The position numbers were made by a program, and so were the translations under genes. Shown in pieces: positions 39,555 to 50,269 of a stretch of DNA of 64,000 nucleotides (the stretch's first letter is position 1; every line of letters begins with the position of its first letter). The notes under the pieces were generated by a model. The model searched no databases, was not told where the DNA came from, and was given only the letters and a program-made list of their open reading frames with translations. Source of the stretch: Candidatus Poribacteria bacterium (lineage in GTDB: Bacteria; Poribacteria; WGA-4E; WGA-3G); NCBI GenBank assembly GCA_965198235.1, contig OZ240248.1:2912001-2976000 (forward strand), written 5' to 3'.

Positions 39555-40706
39555 ATGAAAAACTATCTCCAACATCTTGAATGTAGTAAGTGTAGTGCAA
39601 CCTATGACCATCTGGCACCGCAGAACGTCTGTACCACTTGCGGGAAACCTCTGCTTGCCCGCTACGCGCTTGAGCAGGTAGCAGAAACATGGACATGTGA
39701 CGCGCTCCGGTCGAGACCTGCTTCACTCTGGCGTTATTGGGAACTCCTGCCTATATCTAATCCAGCCGACATGGTGACGCTTGGGGAGACAATGACACCC
39801 CTCGTCCATACAAAGAGGTTAGGAGAAACGTTCGGACTTACAGAGGTATGGGTGAAGGACGAATCCCGATTGCCTACTGGAAGCTTCAAGGCGCGCGGTT
39901 TGGCAATGGCAGTCTCCAAGGCAAAAGCACTCGGACTAACGCAATTAGCGATCCCCTCCGCTGGGAACGCTGCGACTGCACTCGCACTTTACGCCGCTGC
40001 CGCAGGTATATCAGCACACATCTTTATGCCACAAGATACACCTCCCTTCAATAAGGAGACGTGTCAACTCGCCGGGGCAAACGTTACACTGATTGATGGT
40101 CTAATTACGGATGCAGGCAGAATTGTCGCAGAACGGAAGGAACAGGAAGGATGGTTTGACATATCAACGCTTAAAGAACCGTACCGCGTAGAGGGCAAAA
40201 AAACGATGGGGTTTGAGCTCGCGGAGCAGTGTGGTTGGGAACTACCGGATGTTATCATCTATCCTACCGGCGGGGGCACAGGTATTGTCGGAATGTGGAA
40301 AGGCTTTGCAGAATTAGAAGCGATCGGTTGGATAGGCAAAAAACGACCGCGGTTCATCTCCGTGCAATCAACAGGATGTGCCCCGATTGTTAAAGCGTGG
40401 GAAGACGGTGCTGCTGAAGCAACGCCGTGGCGTGATGCGCATACCGTTGCAAGCGGTTTGCGGGTTCCACAAGCAATCGGCGATTTCCTCATTTTAGAGG
40501 CGATTCGTAAAAGTAATGGCGCGGCGATTGCTGTCACGGACAATGCTATCCGTGAGGCAATGCAACTGCTCCCCACAACCGAAGGGTTTTTGACATGCCC
40601 TGAAGGAGCAGCAACAGTTGCGGCACTCAAACACCTCGTCGCGAACGGAATGATTGAAGACTCCGAACGCGTTGTGCTTTTCAATACAGGCGGTTACCAG
40701 TCATAG
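39555..40706 (+). CDS. thrC: Threonine synthase
   Basis: N-terminal Cys ribbon, PTGSFKARG (PLP lysine), EGKKTMG.E, PTGGG.G, FNTG. Confidence 0.88.
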   Translation: MKNYLQHLECSKCSATYDHLAPQNVCTTCGKPLLARYALEQVAETWTCDALRSRPASLWRYWELLPISNPADMVTLGETMTPLVHTKRLGETFGLTEVWVKDESRLPTGSFKARGLAMAVSKAKALGLTQLAIPSAGNAATALALYAAAAGISAHIFMPQDTPPFNKETCQLAGANVTLIDGLITDAGRIVAERKEQEGWFDISTLKEPYRVEGKKTMGFELAEQCGWELPDVIIYPTGGGTGIVGMWKGFAELEAIGWIGKKRPRFISVQSTGCAPIVKAWEDGAAEATPWRDAHTVASGLRVPQAIGDFLILEAIRKSNGAAIAVTDNAIREAMQLLPTTEGFLTCPEGAATVAALKHLVANGMIEDSERVVLFNTGGYQS

Positions 40707-40733
40707 ACGGAAGGTCCCGATTGCGGATCGTTC

Positions 40734-41462
40734 CTACTTTCTTTCAAGATAGTCGTAAGCCGGTTGCCTTGCGGTTTCCGCTTCAGATGCCTTCGTCTTG
40801 AGATGATAGCCTATGTCATACTTGCGGACGGATACAATCGGATAGGGACCGTCAAATCCTGTGATTATACCCTTTACCTCGACCGGTTTATTGTTGTTCG
40901 CCGCATCAATCCGCAGCTGATCAAACTCAGGGTTCGCGCTGAAGACGAACTTCTGTTCCTCGTTCCCGGCAGTCATTGCATGATGGATATGAGACGTATC
41001 AGGTCGCCAGCGTCGCCATGAAGGAACATTTCGGAGGTAGCTCCGGGCGAAGCCGGGATGTGCAAACAGGTCGCCGCGAATGGTAGCCTCGGTATTAAGA
41101 ACACGGGAGTGTCCAATGCCGTGGCGACCCCGGAAACGCGAATCGTTGAGTTGACGCATGATGTCATAGACGTCAAACGTATGTGTTTCGCTGTATTTAG
41201 AGACACCTTGTCTCGGTTTAACTTTCACAAGTGTAGTGAAAAGTCGTTTTCTGCCGTGCTTGTCAACAGGCGTATGAAATGTGATGTCCTTTGGATCCGC
41301 CCAAGGTTCTAATAACCGTCGAATTTGCCTCGCATCGGCGTTGCTGACGACATCGGAAATTTCCACCTGCAAGACAGCGACTTCAGCCATGCTTACCATA
41401 CTGATACCAACAAACAGAAGGACCACCACAACGGTTAGGCAGTAGAAATGTGCGCGTTTCAT
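40734..41462 (-). CDS. Exported hypothetical protein downstream of the RND system
   Basis: Long ORF with signal peptide MKRAHFYCLTVVVVLLFVG and a GAGG RBS. Confidence 0.7.
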   Translation of the reverse strand: MKRAHFYCLTVVVVLLFVGISMVSMAEVAVLQVEISDVVSNADARQIRRLLEPWADPKDITFHTPVDKHGRKRLFTTLVKVKPRQGVSKYSETHTFDVYDIMRQLNDSRFRGRHGIGHSRVLNTEATIRGDLFAHPGFARSYLRNVPSWRRWRPDTSHIHHAMTAGNEEQKFVFSANPEFDQLRIDAANNNKPVEVKGIITGFDGPYPIVSVRKYDIGYHLKTKASEAETARQPAYDYLERK

Positions 41463-41711
41463 CTCGATTTCCTCGCTTAATTCGTAAGTTTTTCGTTCCT
41501 TATACTTGTTAGACACCATTCAACGAAAAAAGTTTCAAAAAAAGTTACAGAGGTCCAGTCTAATGACTTCTGTAGCGTAGAGCCGGTATAAGGTTTTGGA
41601 GTGTAAAAGCACTAAATTCGATTGTTTCTACGTATCTGCAGTGAAAACTCGCTTCACTTAAAAGGTTAAACAGTCAACGCCCCAAAAAAGTTTACATGGG
41701 AGGCATATAAT

Positions 41712-44700
41712 TTACGCTTTTACGCTTTTACGTTGAAAACCAGCTAACCAACTTAATTCGACAATGTAGTACAACACCGGTAAGACGATAAGCGTCAAGA
41801 ACGTCGCTGTTATCATCCCGCCGCTGATGACGATTGCAAGCGGCTTCTGAAGTTCTGCCCCGGAACCGTGCGCAAGCGCAAGGGGCAGCATCCCTAATCC
41901 TGTGGTTAAAGCCGTCATTAACACCGGACTAATGCGCTCTTCGGCACCCTTCATCACGGCATCATAGAGCGACATTCCTTCTGAACGCAGCGTATTGATG
42001 TGTGTCACCAAAATAATTCCGTTTCGCACAGCAATACCGAATAGCAGAATGAAACCTACCATTGACGGAATACTCAACACACCGCCGGTCAGGAAAATAC
42101 TGATAACACCACCGATTAACGCCAACGGCAGATTGAGCATCACCAACAATGAAAGCCGAAATGAACCCATCGCCAGAAACAACAGAACACAGATGCCGAT
42201 TAGAACAAAACCCGTCTGAATCAGAATCCTTTTTTGCGCCGCCTGTTGACTTTCAAACTGCCCGCCATAGGAAAGAAAATACGCTTCAGGCATGTCAATG
42301 CGTTCGTCAATCTCCCGCTGAACTTCTGCGATAAAGTTGCCGAGATCCCGATTTTGAACGTTACACTGAATGACGATACGCCGAGAAACGTTCTCACGAT
42401 TGATGGTATTTGGTCCATAACCATAACCAACATCGGCAACCTGTTTTAGCGGGACGAATGCGCCTGACGGGGTTCGGATTTTTAAACTTTCGACGGCTTC
42501 AGCTGTGTTGACGAGCGTCGGATCTACTCGAATTAAAAGGGTATATTGGCGTTGTCCTTGGATGATCTGACTGACCGGTTCCCCTTTGAATGCAGTTTCT
42601 GCAAAATGCGTCACGTCTTCAACCCGTAAGCCGTAGCGCGCTGCTTCGAGCCGTTTAACCTGGATCTGAAGTTGCTCCACCTGCACTTGCTGTTCCACCT
42701 GTAAATCCGCTACGCCTTCAATTTCCGAGATGACCGTCCGAATTTCCTCCGCCTTTGCCCTAAGTGTGTCGAGATCCGTCCCGAACAATTTCAGTGCTAC
42801 CTGTGCATTGACCCCTGACAAAAGATGGTCGAGACGATGCTGAATCGGTTGACCGACAGATACCAGCACACCCGGAAAGTTTTCAGGAGACAGCAACTCA
42901 CGGACTTCAGAGAGAAGTTCTGCTCGCGTTTTCTCTCGTTCATCAGGCGGGATAAAGTTCACAAGGATCTCATGTGTGTTTACGTCGTGGGCATGCTCAT
43001 CTGCCTCTGCGCGCCCAGTGCGGCTGCTCACACTCGTTACTTCTGAAATCGTCAGAAGCCTCATTTCCATCTCTCTGCCGATACGCGTTGATTCTCCCAA
43101 CGAGGTTCCTGGTGGTGAAAAGACACTAATAATAAACGTGGCTTCATCCATTACAGGCAAGAATTCACGCCCCAAACGAGGAATCGCTGCCACAGTCAAC
43201 ACCACCAGCAGTAATGCCAACGCTACAATACCCCAACGCAGTCGCATGACCCAAACCAGTAGGGGACGATAGGCACGTTTAATCCATACAACCACGGGAC
43301 TCTCTTTCGAAAGACGGGGTTCCGACTCAGACCCATCCGATGGACGCGACCTTTGGAAACGCGTCAATAGCAAGTCACTTAACACTGGAACGACTGTGAG
43401 CGCAACGAGTAGCGACGCTGCCATTGAAATAACAACAGCCCAGCCAAGTGGACGGAACATTCTGCCCTCCATACCACTAAGGCTGAACAGCGGCACAAAA
43501 ACGAGGATAATAATCAACGTTGCAAAAACAATTGATGCTCGAATCTCCTCACTCGCTCGCGTTACAACCTCCGACGGCGTTTCTTCAGGTTCCGCGCCCG
43601 TCCAACGAAGACGAAAATACTCTTGCAATCGTCGGAAAATGTTTTCGACGTAAACAATCGCGTCGTCAACCACCATTCCAACCGCAATCGCCAAACCGGC
43701 GAGCGTCATGATGTTGAGGGTCCCACCCTGAAAAAGAAGAGCAATAACGGCTATAATCAGGGACAATGGGATCGCAGTCAAGGTAATCAGCGCGGTGCGA
43801 ATGTTGAAGAGAAAAATAGCCAGAACAATAACAACCAGAATCGCACCATCGCGCAGGGCATCTTTAACGGTGTCAACAGCACGACGAATTAGGTCTGCTT
43901 GGGCGTATTCAATTTTAATCTTTACACCTTCAGGCATTGACTGCTCCAGTGATTTCAACACGGATGTCACTTTGTCATTCAGGTTCATCGTGTTGACACC
44001 GGGTTGCTTGACCACCTTGCCCAAGACGGTTTCTTTTCCATTGTGACTCCCCGCGCCACGTCGGATTTCTGGAAGCGATCCGATTTTCACCGTCGCAACA
44101 TCCTTAACAAGAATCGGTCTGCCGTGTCTTCGCACATTAACAACGACGTTTTCAATGTCAGAAACCGAAGAAATCCGTCCTAATCCCCGAATCATCAACT
44201 CGCGAGCGTCTTTGATGAGGAAACCGCCTGCGGAGTTTTCGTTGCTCTTCTCAAGGGCAGTGGCAACGTCCTCAAGTGAAAGATTATGGCTTATCAACCG
44301 CTCAGGATTGACGAAAACTTGGAATTGCTTTACGTAGCCGCCGATGTTGATCACATTGGCAATACCGCCCTGTGATTGCAGCTGGTAGCGAATCACCCAA
44401 TCTGCGAGGTCTCGCATTTCCATCTCGTCAAATTCCCCTGTTTCATCAACGAGGGCGTATTCCATAATCTCACCCAAGAGAGAGGAAGTCGGCAAGATAA
44501 TTGGCGCGTCAACACCCTCGGGCAAAGTCGGGGCAACCAGTTGAAGCCGCTCAGAGACCATCTGTCGCGCAAGAAATACATCCGTCCCCCAGTCAAATTC
44601 AACAAACACGAGCGACAAACCAATTGCAGAGGAAGATCGGACCCGTGTGACATAGGGTGCACCGTTCATCGAACTCTCAATAGGTAACGTAACCAAGGTT

Positions 44701-44885
44701 TCCATCTCTTCAGGCGACCATCCGTGTGCCTCAGTGAGTATGGTAATACGAGGCGGATTGATGTCAGGATAAACATCAATCGGTGCCGATTGAAACATCC
44801 TGAATCCAATGATGACTACCGCAACCATACAAGCAAGCGTCAGGAGTCTATTTTTGAGAGAAATCTCGGTGATTTTCGACCACAT
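41712..44885 (-). CDS. CzcA/CusA-family heavy-metal RND permease
   Basis: 1057 aa, PEEMETLVT.PIE, GMVVDDAIVYVEN, RNGII, PVLMTALT. Confidence 0.95.
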   Translation of the reverse strand: MWSKITEISLKNRLLTLACMVAVVIIGFRMFQSAPIDVYPDINPPRITILTEAHGWSPEEMETLVTLPIESSMNGAPYVTRVRSSSAIGLSLVFVEFDWGTDVFLARQMVSERLQLVAPTLPEGVDAPIILPTSSLLGEIMEYALVDETGEFDEMEMRDLADWVIRYQLQSQGGIANVINIGGYVKQFQVFVNPERLISHNLSLEDVATALEKSNENSAGGFLIKDARELMIRGLGRISSVSDIENVVVNVRRHGRPILVKDVATVKIGSLPEIRRGAGSHNGKETVLGKVVKQPGVNTMNLNDKVTSVLKSLEQSMPEGVKIKIEYAQADLIRRAVDTVKDALRDGAILVVIVLAIFLFNIRTALITLTAIPLSLIIAVIALLFQGGTLNIMTLAGLAIAVGMVVDDAIVYVENIFRRLQEYFRLRWTGAEPEETPSEVVTRASEEIRASIVFATLIIILVFVPLFSLSGMEGRMFRPLGWAVVISMAASLLVALTVVPVLSDLLLTRFQRSRPSDGSESEPRLSKESPVVVWIKRAYRPLLVWVMRLRWGIVALALLLVVLTVAAIPRLGREFLPVMDEATFIISVFSPPGTSLGESTRIGREMEMRLLTISEVTSVSSRTGRAEADEHAHDVNTHEILVNFIPPDEREKTRAELLSEVRELLSPENFPGVLVSVGQPIQHRLDHLLSGVNAQVALKLFGTDLDTLRAKAEEIRTVISEIEGVADLQVEQQVQVEQLQIQVKRLEAARYGLRVEDVTHFAETAFKGEPVSQIIQGQRQYTLLIRVDPTLVNTAEAVESLKIRTPSGAFVPLKQVADVGYGYGPNTINRENVSRRIVIQCNVQNRDLGNFIAEVQREIDERIDMPEAYFLSYGGQFESQQAAQKRILIQTGFVLIGICVLLFLAMGSFRLSLLVMLNLPLALIGGVISIFLTGGVLSIPSMVGFILLFGIAVRNGIILVTHINTLRSEGMSLYDAVMKGAEERISPVLMTALTTGLGMLPLALAHGSGAELQKPLAIVISGGMITATFLTLIVLPVLYYIVELSWLAGFQRKSVKA

Positions 44886-44998
44886 TTTTTAATCTTCCTC
44901 CGTTCAGATTTTTAAACTATGGGAAATAGCAACTGCCACAACGATCTACTGACAACCGACAACCGATAGTTCTCACTGCGAAGCAAGCCAATAAAACC

Positions 44999-46861
44999 CT
45001 AATGCGGATGTCCATGGTCACCCATCACTTCGGAGACATCCGCTGTTGCTCTCAGCAACTGATGTTGCCCCTGCACCACTACATACTCCTCTGGAAACAA
45101 ACCTTCTCTGATTTCGACATACCGGTCATCTCTGGCACCCACCACAACTTCCTGCTTAGTGTAAGTCTCTCCGAATTCGACAAAAACAAATCGGCTGCCT
45201 CCGTCTTCAAGCACGGCGTTCAGCGGGACACTCAAGACCTCGGCTCCTTTTTCCAAGACAATTGTCTGTTCAGCAAACATCCCCGGTTTGAGTTTATGCG
45301 TCGGATTGTTGACTTCCGCCCAAAAGTGGACGGTACGTTCCTCTGGGTTCATAACACCTGAGATATGTGAAATTCTTCCCGTGAAAATTGTTTCTGGGTA
45401 AGCAGAGGCGCGGACGCGAACCTCACTACCTATCTGCCACTTGTCCTGAAGGCGGACAAGCGCGTCCTCATGAACCTCACCTTCAACCCAGACGAGGTCG
45501 GTGTCGAGTATTGAGAAAAGCATATTGCTTTTTTCAACCGTCGTACCGAGTGTCACATGTTGCTTAATGATTTGCCCAGAAGCAGGTGCCGTGACATAGA
45601 ATATTGGAGAGAGTTCCCCTTCTTGAACAACCTTGTCTATATCAGCGAGCGTCAATCCAGACACCTGAAGTTTCTGCCGAACCTTGTTTAAAGTGATGCT
45701 GGCACTACGAAGTGCTTCTTCGAGTTGGAGCACTCCCTCAAGTGCCTCTGAACTCTCCACAAACGCAAGGTAATTTTCAATCAGTTCATCGGTGGACAAA
45801 TCGTTGAAAGGGACAATAGCCTTGGTCTTAGCCAAGTTCTCAAGAAGCGTTTCAGTGAGACCGGCAGCCAAGGCGCGTTGTTTGTTTGCTGCGACCTTGA
45901 TAGCAGCGATTTTGTATGTTGCTTCTGCATCAACCAACGCTGTTCCTTCTCCACTAAGCATCGAGTATTTTTCCAGTAAGACTTCTGCGTCCAATTCGTT
46001 GGCATTTAATAGTGAGAGGATTGCGGTTTCCCCGCTGTCGTGAAAGATTTTTTCCAGCGTCTGCTCGCTGACATCGAGGATTTGGAATTGCCGCTTCGCA
46101 TTTGCCAGTTCACTCCGTCCTTTTCTGTGTGCTGCCTGTTGAGCAATAAGTTCTTTCTGTGCCGAGATACGCTTTTCTGTGAGGGCTTCGGTTCTCTTGA
46201 GCGTAGTCTTTAGCAACCGGAGTTCAACGTCGGCTTTAACCAATCTAAACCGCATCTGTTCCAAAGCCGAGATAACCTTCGTTATAGCAAGTGCTTTGCG
46301 TTTTTCAATGGCTGTCTGTAACTCTTGCAGTTCGGAAAGCGATTGCAAGTAGTCGATTTGACGGGTCTGCAATTCACGCCGAATTTGCTTGGCGAAAACC
46401 TCTGTCAGCCTCACCAATTTGGATTCCAACGATTTCTTTTGCGCGACCGCTTCAATCATTTCAATCTGCGCCATTTGCAAGTCAAGACTCTCCAGTTCAA
46501 GTAGTAAATCGCCTTTTTTGATAAATTCACCAACACTGGAATGGATACATTTCACGATACCACCGATCCTTGGCGTGACAATTGCCTGCCGCCCAGGATG
46601 GGCTACTATGTTGCCGTGAACGTGCACAATCGTCTCAATTGCGCGAACATCGACTTCAGCGGTCCTCAAACCGATATTGGCTTTTGCTTTATCAGTGAGC
46701 GTTACCGTCTTTTCTTGGCTGTGCGTGTGATTAGTGTTATCGTCCTGCACTTGTGTATTTTCCGCCCAAGTTAATGTAGAAGTAAGGTTTAGAGGAACCA
46801 AGCCTCCTACCCCAATAACAAAAATAGCAAAAAATAGCGAAAAATGAGCGTAACGTAACAT
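44999..46861 (-). CDS. CzcB-like RND membrane fusion protein with a long helical insert
   Basis: Lipoyl halves (IVTPRIGGIV, VTAPASGQI), LKPGMF, His-rich ends. Start follows AAGGAG. Confidence 0.88.
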   Translation of the reverse strand: MLRYAHFSLFFAIFVIGVGGLVPLNLTSTLTWAENTQVQDDNTNHTHSQEKTVTLTDKAKANIGLRTAEVDVRAIETIVHVHGNIVAHPGRQAIVTPRIGGIVKCIHSSVGEFIKKGDLLLELESLDLQMAQIEMIEAVAQKKSLESKLVRLTEVFAKQIRRELQTRQIDYLQSLSELQELQTAIEKRKALAITKVISALEQMRFRLVKADVELRLLKTTLKRTEALTEKRISAQKELIAQQAAHRKGRSELANAKRQFQILDVSEQTLEKIFHDSGETAILSLLNANELDAEVLLEKYSMLSGEGTALVDAEATYKIAAIKVAANKQRALAAGLTETLLENLAKTKAIVPFNDLSTDELIENYLAFVESSEALEGVLQLEEALRSASITLNKVRQKLQVSGLTLADIDKVVQEGELSPIFYVTAPASGQIIKQHVTLGTTVEKSNMLFSILDTDLVWVEGEVHEDALVRLQDKWQIGSEVRVRASAYPETIFTGRISHISGVMNPEERTVHFWAEVNNPTHKLKPGMFAEQTIVLEKGAEVLSVPLNAVLEDGGSRFVFVEFGETYTKQEVVVGARDDRYVEIREGLFPEEYVVVQGQHQLLRATADVSEVMGDHGHPH

Positions 46862-46931
46862 TTTGATTTCTCCTTGTATTGTCCGAATCGTAGGTACATG
46901 CTGCATAACGTCAACCTATCCCACCGCGCTT

Positions 46932-48248
46932 CTACGGCAGCAATTCGACGGGTGTGTCTATACTGGCTTCGAGTTGAGCCAGTGCCTTGTAGTACGCCGC
47001 GAGTACTTCAAGGTAAGCAAATCGCATTTCGACAAATTCGTTCTGCATCAAAATAACCTCCAAAAGTTTTGCCTCACCCAATTCGTAGGCAGTCCGCGTC
47101 AGTTTGAGATTTTCATTGAGCAATTTCACTGAATCACCTTCATAAAACTTAAGCGTTTTTTGCGCCGTTTTCAGGGAGAGAAACGCTGCCATCACCTCTC
47201 GGCTAATTTGTCGCTCTTGACTGCTGATTTCGATGGCGTCTACCTGCTGTTGCGCTTTTGCTGCATTAATCTCAGCACGATTCCGATCGAAGAATGGCAA
47301 TGGAATCGTAAATTTTACGCCAAGCGTGTTCTTACCTCCGCCGCGTTGGGCAAGTGCTCCGACACTCAAGTCGGGGATGTTTGCCGCTTTTGCGAGTCGA
47401 AGTTCGTTTTCAGTCAACGCCGCGTTTAATTGAACCGACTTCAGGTCGTTGCGACGCGCGAGTGCATGTGTCTTCAAGACATCAAGCGTCAATTTTGAAG
47501 ATACATCTGGCGATATGTTTGACGTAGCTTGCAACTCAAAACTTGCTGCTGAAAGGTCAGACAAACCTCCGACGGCAATACGCGCCGTTTCAAGCGGCAT
47601 GCCCATTAAGGCGTTCAGTTCAAGTTGTGCCAGCTGCAATTCACCTTCTAACTTTACCGCTTCGCGCAGTGCCGATTGTAGCCGAATATTTGCCAAATTT
47701 GCTTGTGTTACCGAAATATCGCCAGCCTCAAACCGAAACTGAGCAATGTCGGACATCTGTTCGCTGTGTTGGATAACCTCTTTAACTAACTTAAGTTTTT
47801 CTTGGACAAGTGCCAACTCATAAAAAGCTATTTTTACCAATTTCGTAAGCAGGCGGGAGGCTTCGGCAAGTTCAGCGTTTACCTTTTCAAGATGGATCTT
47901 CGCAATTCGCCTTTGATGTCCTCGCTGTCCGCCGAGCTGAAACGATTGGGTGAGTTCGAGTCCCTGATCGCCGTCTATCCCTCCAGCGAATTCGGTTTCC
48001 AATTCGGGGTTACCAAGCAACGCGATGCCCTCAATTCGAGCGCGGGCAACTTTAAGTTTTTCACGAATCACGTTGAGTTCCGGGTTTTCGCGCATTGCTG
48101 TCTGGATTGCAACTTCAAGCGAAACCTGCCCTTCCTCATTTGAAAAGGCTTCATTTGAAAAGGCAGACGGCATTTGCCACATGCTTAATGCTAACAGACA
48201 AATTATGCCTATCATGAAGATGGGGTTGAATGTGAGTTTCGTACGCAA
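46932..48248 (-). CDS. TolC/CzcC outer-membrane efflux protein
   Basis: A...NPEL, RFEAGDIS, IPLPFFDRN, AYELGE..LLEV. TTG start after GGAGGAG preferred. Confidence 0.9.
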   Translation of the reverse strand: MRTKLTFNPIFMIGIICLLALSMWQMPSAFSNEAFSNEEGQVSLEVAIQTAMRENPELNVIREKLKVARARIEGIALLGNPELETEFAGGIDGDQGLELTQSFQLGGQRGHQRRIAKIHLEKVNAELAEASRLLTKLVKIAFYELALVQEKLKLVKEVIQHSEQMSDIAQFRFEAGDISVTQANLANIRLQSALREAVKLEGELQLAQLELNALMGMPLETARIAVGGLSDLSAASFELQATSNISPDVSSKLTLDVLKTHALARRNDLKSVQLNAALTENELRLAKAANIPDLSVGALAQRGGGKNTLGVKFTIPLPFFDRNRAEINAAKAQQQVDAIEISSQERQISREVMAAFLSLKTAQKTLKFYEGDSVKLLNENLKLTRTAYELGEAKLLEVILMQNEFVEMRFAYLEVLAAYYKALAQLEASIDTPVELLP

Positions 48249-48470
48249 TGCTCTCCTCCATGTAAAATAAACGATCTCTTGTATATGACGACTCCGCTCG
48301 ATTTTGTCCTGCTTCGCAGTGAGAACCAAACAAAACCTGCTAAATATAACCGTGTGCACTTACAATAGTCGGTGCTGGGTTAAAATACTCGCAAATCAGT
48401 GGGAGTTAGTGCTTAACTCTCAATCACACGAGGGCGATGAAAGCTGTACATCAATAGAACGGGTTAGGGT

Positions 48471-48920
48471 TTAAATGAGGAGTGTGGTAGTCCGAAGAGA
48501 TGCGAGAGTAGGGTCTACTACTGATGGGATATCCAGAAGAGGGGTATGTGTTAGAAGCGTGGAACCATTTGCCCGGTATGCTATGAGTGTAGCTACGGGA
48601 GCAGGTGGGTGTATTAACGCATCTTGGACTGGAACAAGATACGATTCGATGTCTAAAGAGACAAAGATAGCGAGATCAAGGCACGAGCCGCAGTGATTCT
48701 CTCCGGGGGTAACCGCAGTGATCACAACCTCTGTGTGCCCTTCGTCAAGGTTGTACGCGTCAGCGCATCGTCCATTGACTGCGATTTCAAATTCGACGTG
48801 TCCATCCGTGCCAATGCACAAAACATAGTTGGACAGCTGCATCGGAACTATGGAAAGATAAATGAGTAGCCAAATCAGAGGGATGGCAGTCCTCTTTTTA
48901 TTTCCTGAAATAAATTCCAT
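48471..48920 (-). CDS. Small Cys/His-rich protein heading the efflux operon (CzcI-like position)
   Basis: TM/signal helix, VLCIGTDGHV.FE, HCGSC.D. Confidence 0.6.
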   Translation of the reverse strand: MEFISGNKKRTAIPLIWLLIYLSIVPMQLSNYVLCIGTDGHVEFEIAVNGRCADAYNLDEGHTEVVITAVTPGENHCGSCLDLAIFVSLDIESYLVPVQDALIHPPAPVATLIAYRANGSTLLTHTPLLDIPSVVDPTLASLRTTTLLI

Positions 48921-48992
48921 TTTTCTCTTCCAAAAAGTGATATAAGGCTTTAAACGCATCCAGTTGACTGTCTGTTCAAATACTTTTTATTT

Positions 48993-49021
48993 AGTATACA
49001 CGACTTTTTCAAAAAGTTCAA
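48993..49021 (-). promoter_or_regulatory. Promoter of the efflux operon with a palindromic operator candidate
   Basis: TTGAAC-N17-TATACT, with ACTTTTT-C-AAAAAGT (49003-49017) overlapping the spacer. Confidence 0.5.
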
Positions 49022-49217
49022 GAAAAAAGAGAAAGTCGGAATCACTCGACTACGCTAATGCCCTAAGCACGATAGTCACATCGCACAGATACACGAAATT
49101 CCTTGCAAAATTAATGGAAACTATGTTAAGATTTAAAAATAAAAGCGTCGCGTATAGCGCGCGCTTACGAACCATAGATTGCGCTTACAAAGCGCACAGT
49201 AAAATGAGGAGATACAA

Positions 49218-50150
49218 ATGATGAAGAAGATGTTTTGGGCACTGGTGCTGTCGGTTCTATGCGTTACCATCAGCTATGGACAATATAATGGAGAATGTTG
49301 GGTAGTCAGCAAAGGAGATACAGTTTATAAATTATATGCCGATGGAAACGCTGATCCACAGGTTATTCCAAATTTACCGCAAGCAAGTGCTGCCGAAGTG
49401 AATCCGGCAGATGGCGTTGTCTGGATCGCAGTCTCAGCAGCAAATACTGTTTATCGCTATAATCCAAACAGCGGAGATTTTCTCGCGATTCCGGATATCA
49501 CTCGTCCGAATATGGTATCTATTAATCCTGCCGATGGTTCCGCGTGGATCGCGGGGCTTGATGCTGTTAAAAAAGTATCCGGTGATGGTACCCAAGTTGT
49601 CGCTACAATACCCGCCCATGAACCCGCAGTGGCGGTGAATCCTAAGGACGGATCGGTGTGGATAACAAACGCCCGAGGTCCAATTGCACGTTACGATGCG
49701 GTAGGAAACAAAATAGTTGACGCTCAAAATATGGGCGAACCCAAAGGGGTGACCGTTGACTACGAGGGTAATGCTTGGATCGCCGACAGTCAGTATAGTG
49801 TACTCAGACGGGTCTCACCGACTGGACAGACACTCGTAGAAATTACCGATATTCCGAATCCTACGTCACCCCGTGTCAATCCAATGGATGGGAGTGTTTG
49901 GGTCGTCTCACAACAATCAATGCTCATCAACTTGGGAGTGGATGGAACGAAAAAGGCCGAATTTCTTGCTGGGATGGCAATTGTGGCAATCAGTGTTTCG
50001 CCTTCAGATGGCGGTATTTGGATAGCGGACCTCCTTGGTGAGACATTCCAAGGCGAAATTAGTAAATGGACATCTGCCGGACAGCGACTCTTCAAAAACC
50101 CTATCCCTCAACCTTCCTCGGTTTCCGTTGGGTACTGGTCAGGAAACTAA
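49218..50150 (+). CDS. Secreted beta-propeller protein (NHL/Vgb-like)
   Basis: Signal peptide and about seven repeats of V(N/S)PxDGxVW. Confidence 0.85.
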   Translation: MMKKMFWALVLSVLCVTISYGQYNGECWVVSKGDTVYKLYADGNADPQVIPNLPQASAAEVNPADGVVWIAVSAANTVYRYNPNSGDFLAIPDITRPNMVSINPADGSAWIAGLDAVKKVSGDGTQVVATIPAHEPAVAVNPKDGSVWITNARGPIARYDAVGNKIVDAQNMGEPKGVTVDYEGNAWIADSQYSVLRRVSPTGQTLVEITDIPNPTSPRVNPMDGSVWVVSQQSMLINLGVDGTKKAEFLAGMAIVAISVSPSDGGIWIADLLGETFQGEISKWTSAGQRLFKNPIPQPSSVSVGYWSGN

Positions 50151-50269
50151 TGTAGAATCGGTAGGAATTGAGTTGCCACGCTTGCTTGCTTCGTTGAAAG
50201 ATAAACCAAAATCTGGTTGTGGCACTCGCCGGAATAATAACAACTTCTTTGACAAATGTGAGGTGCATC

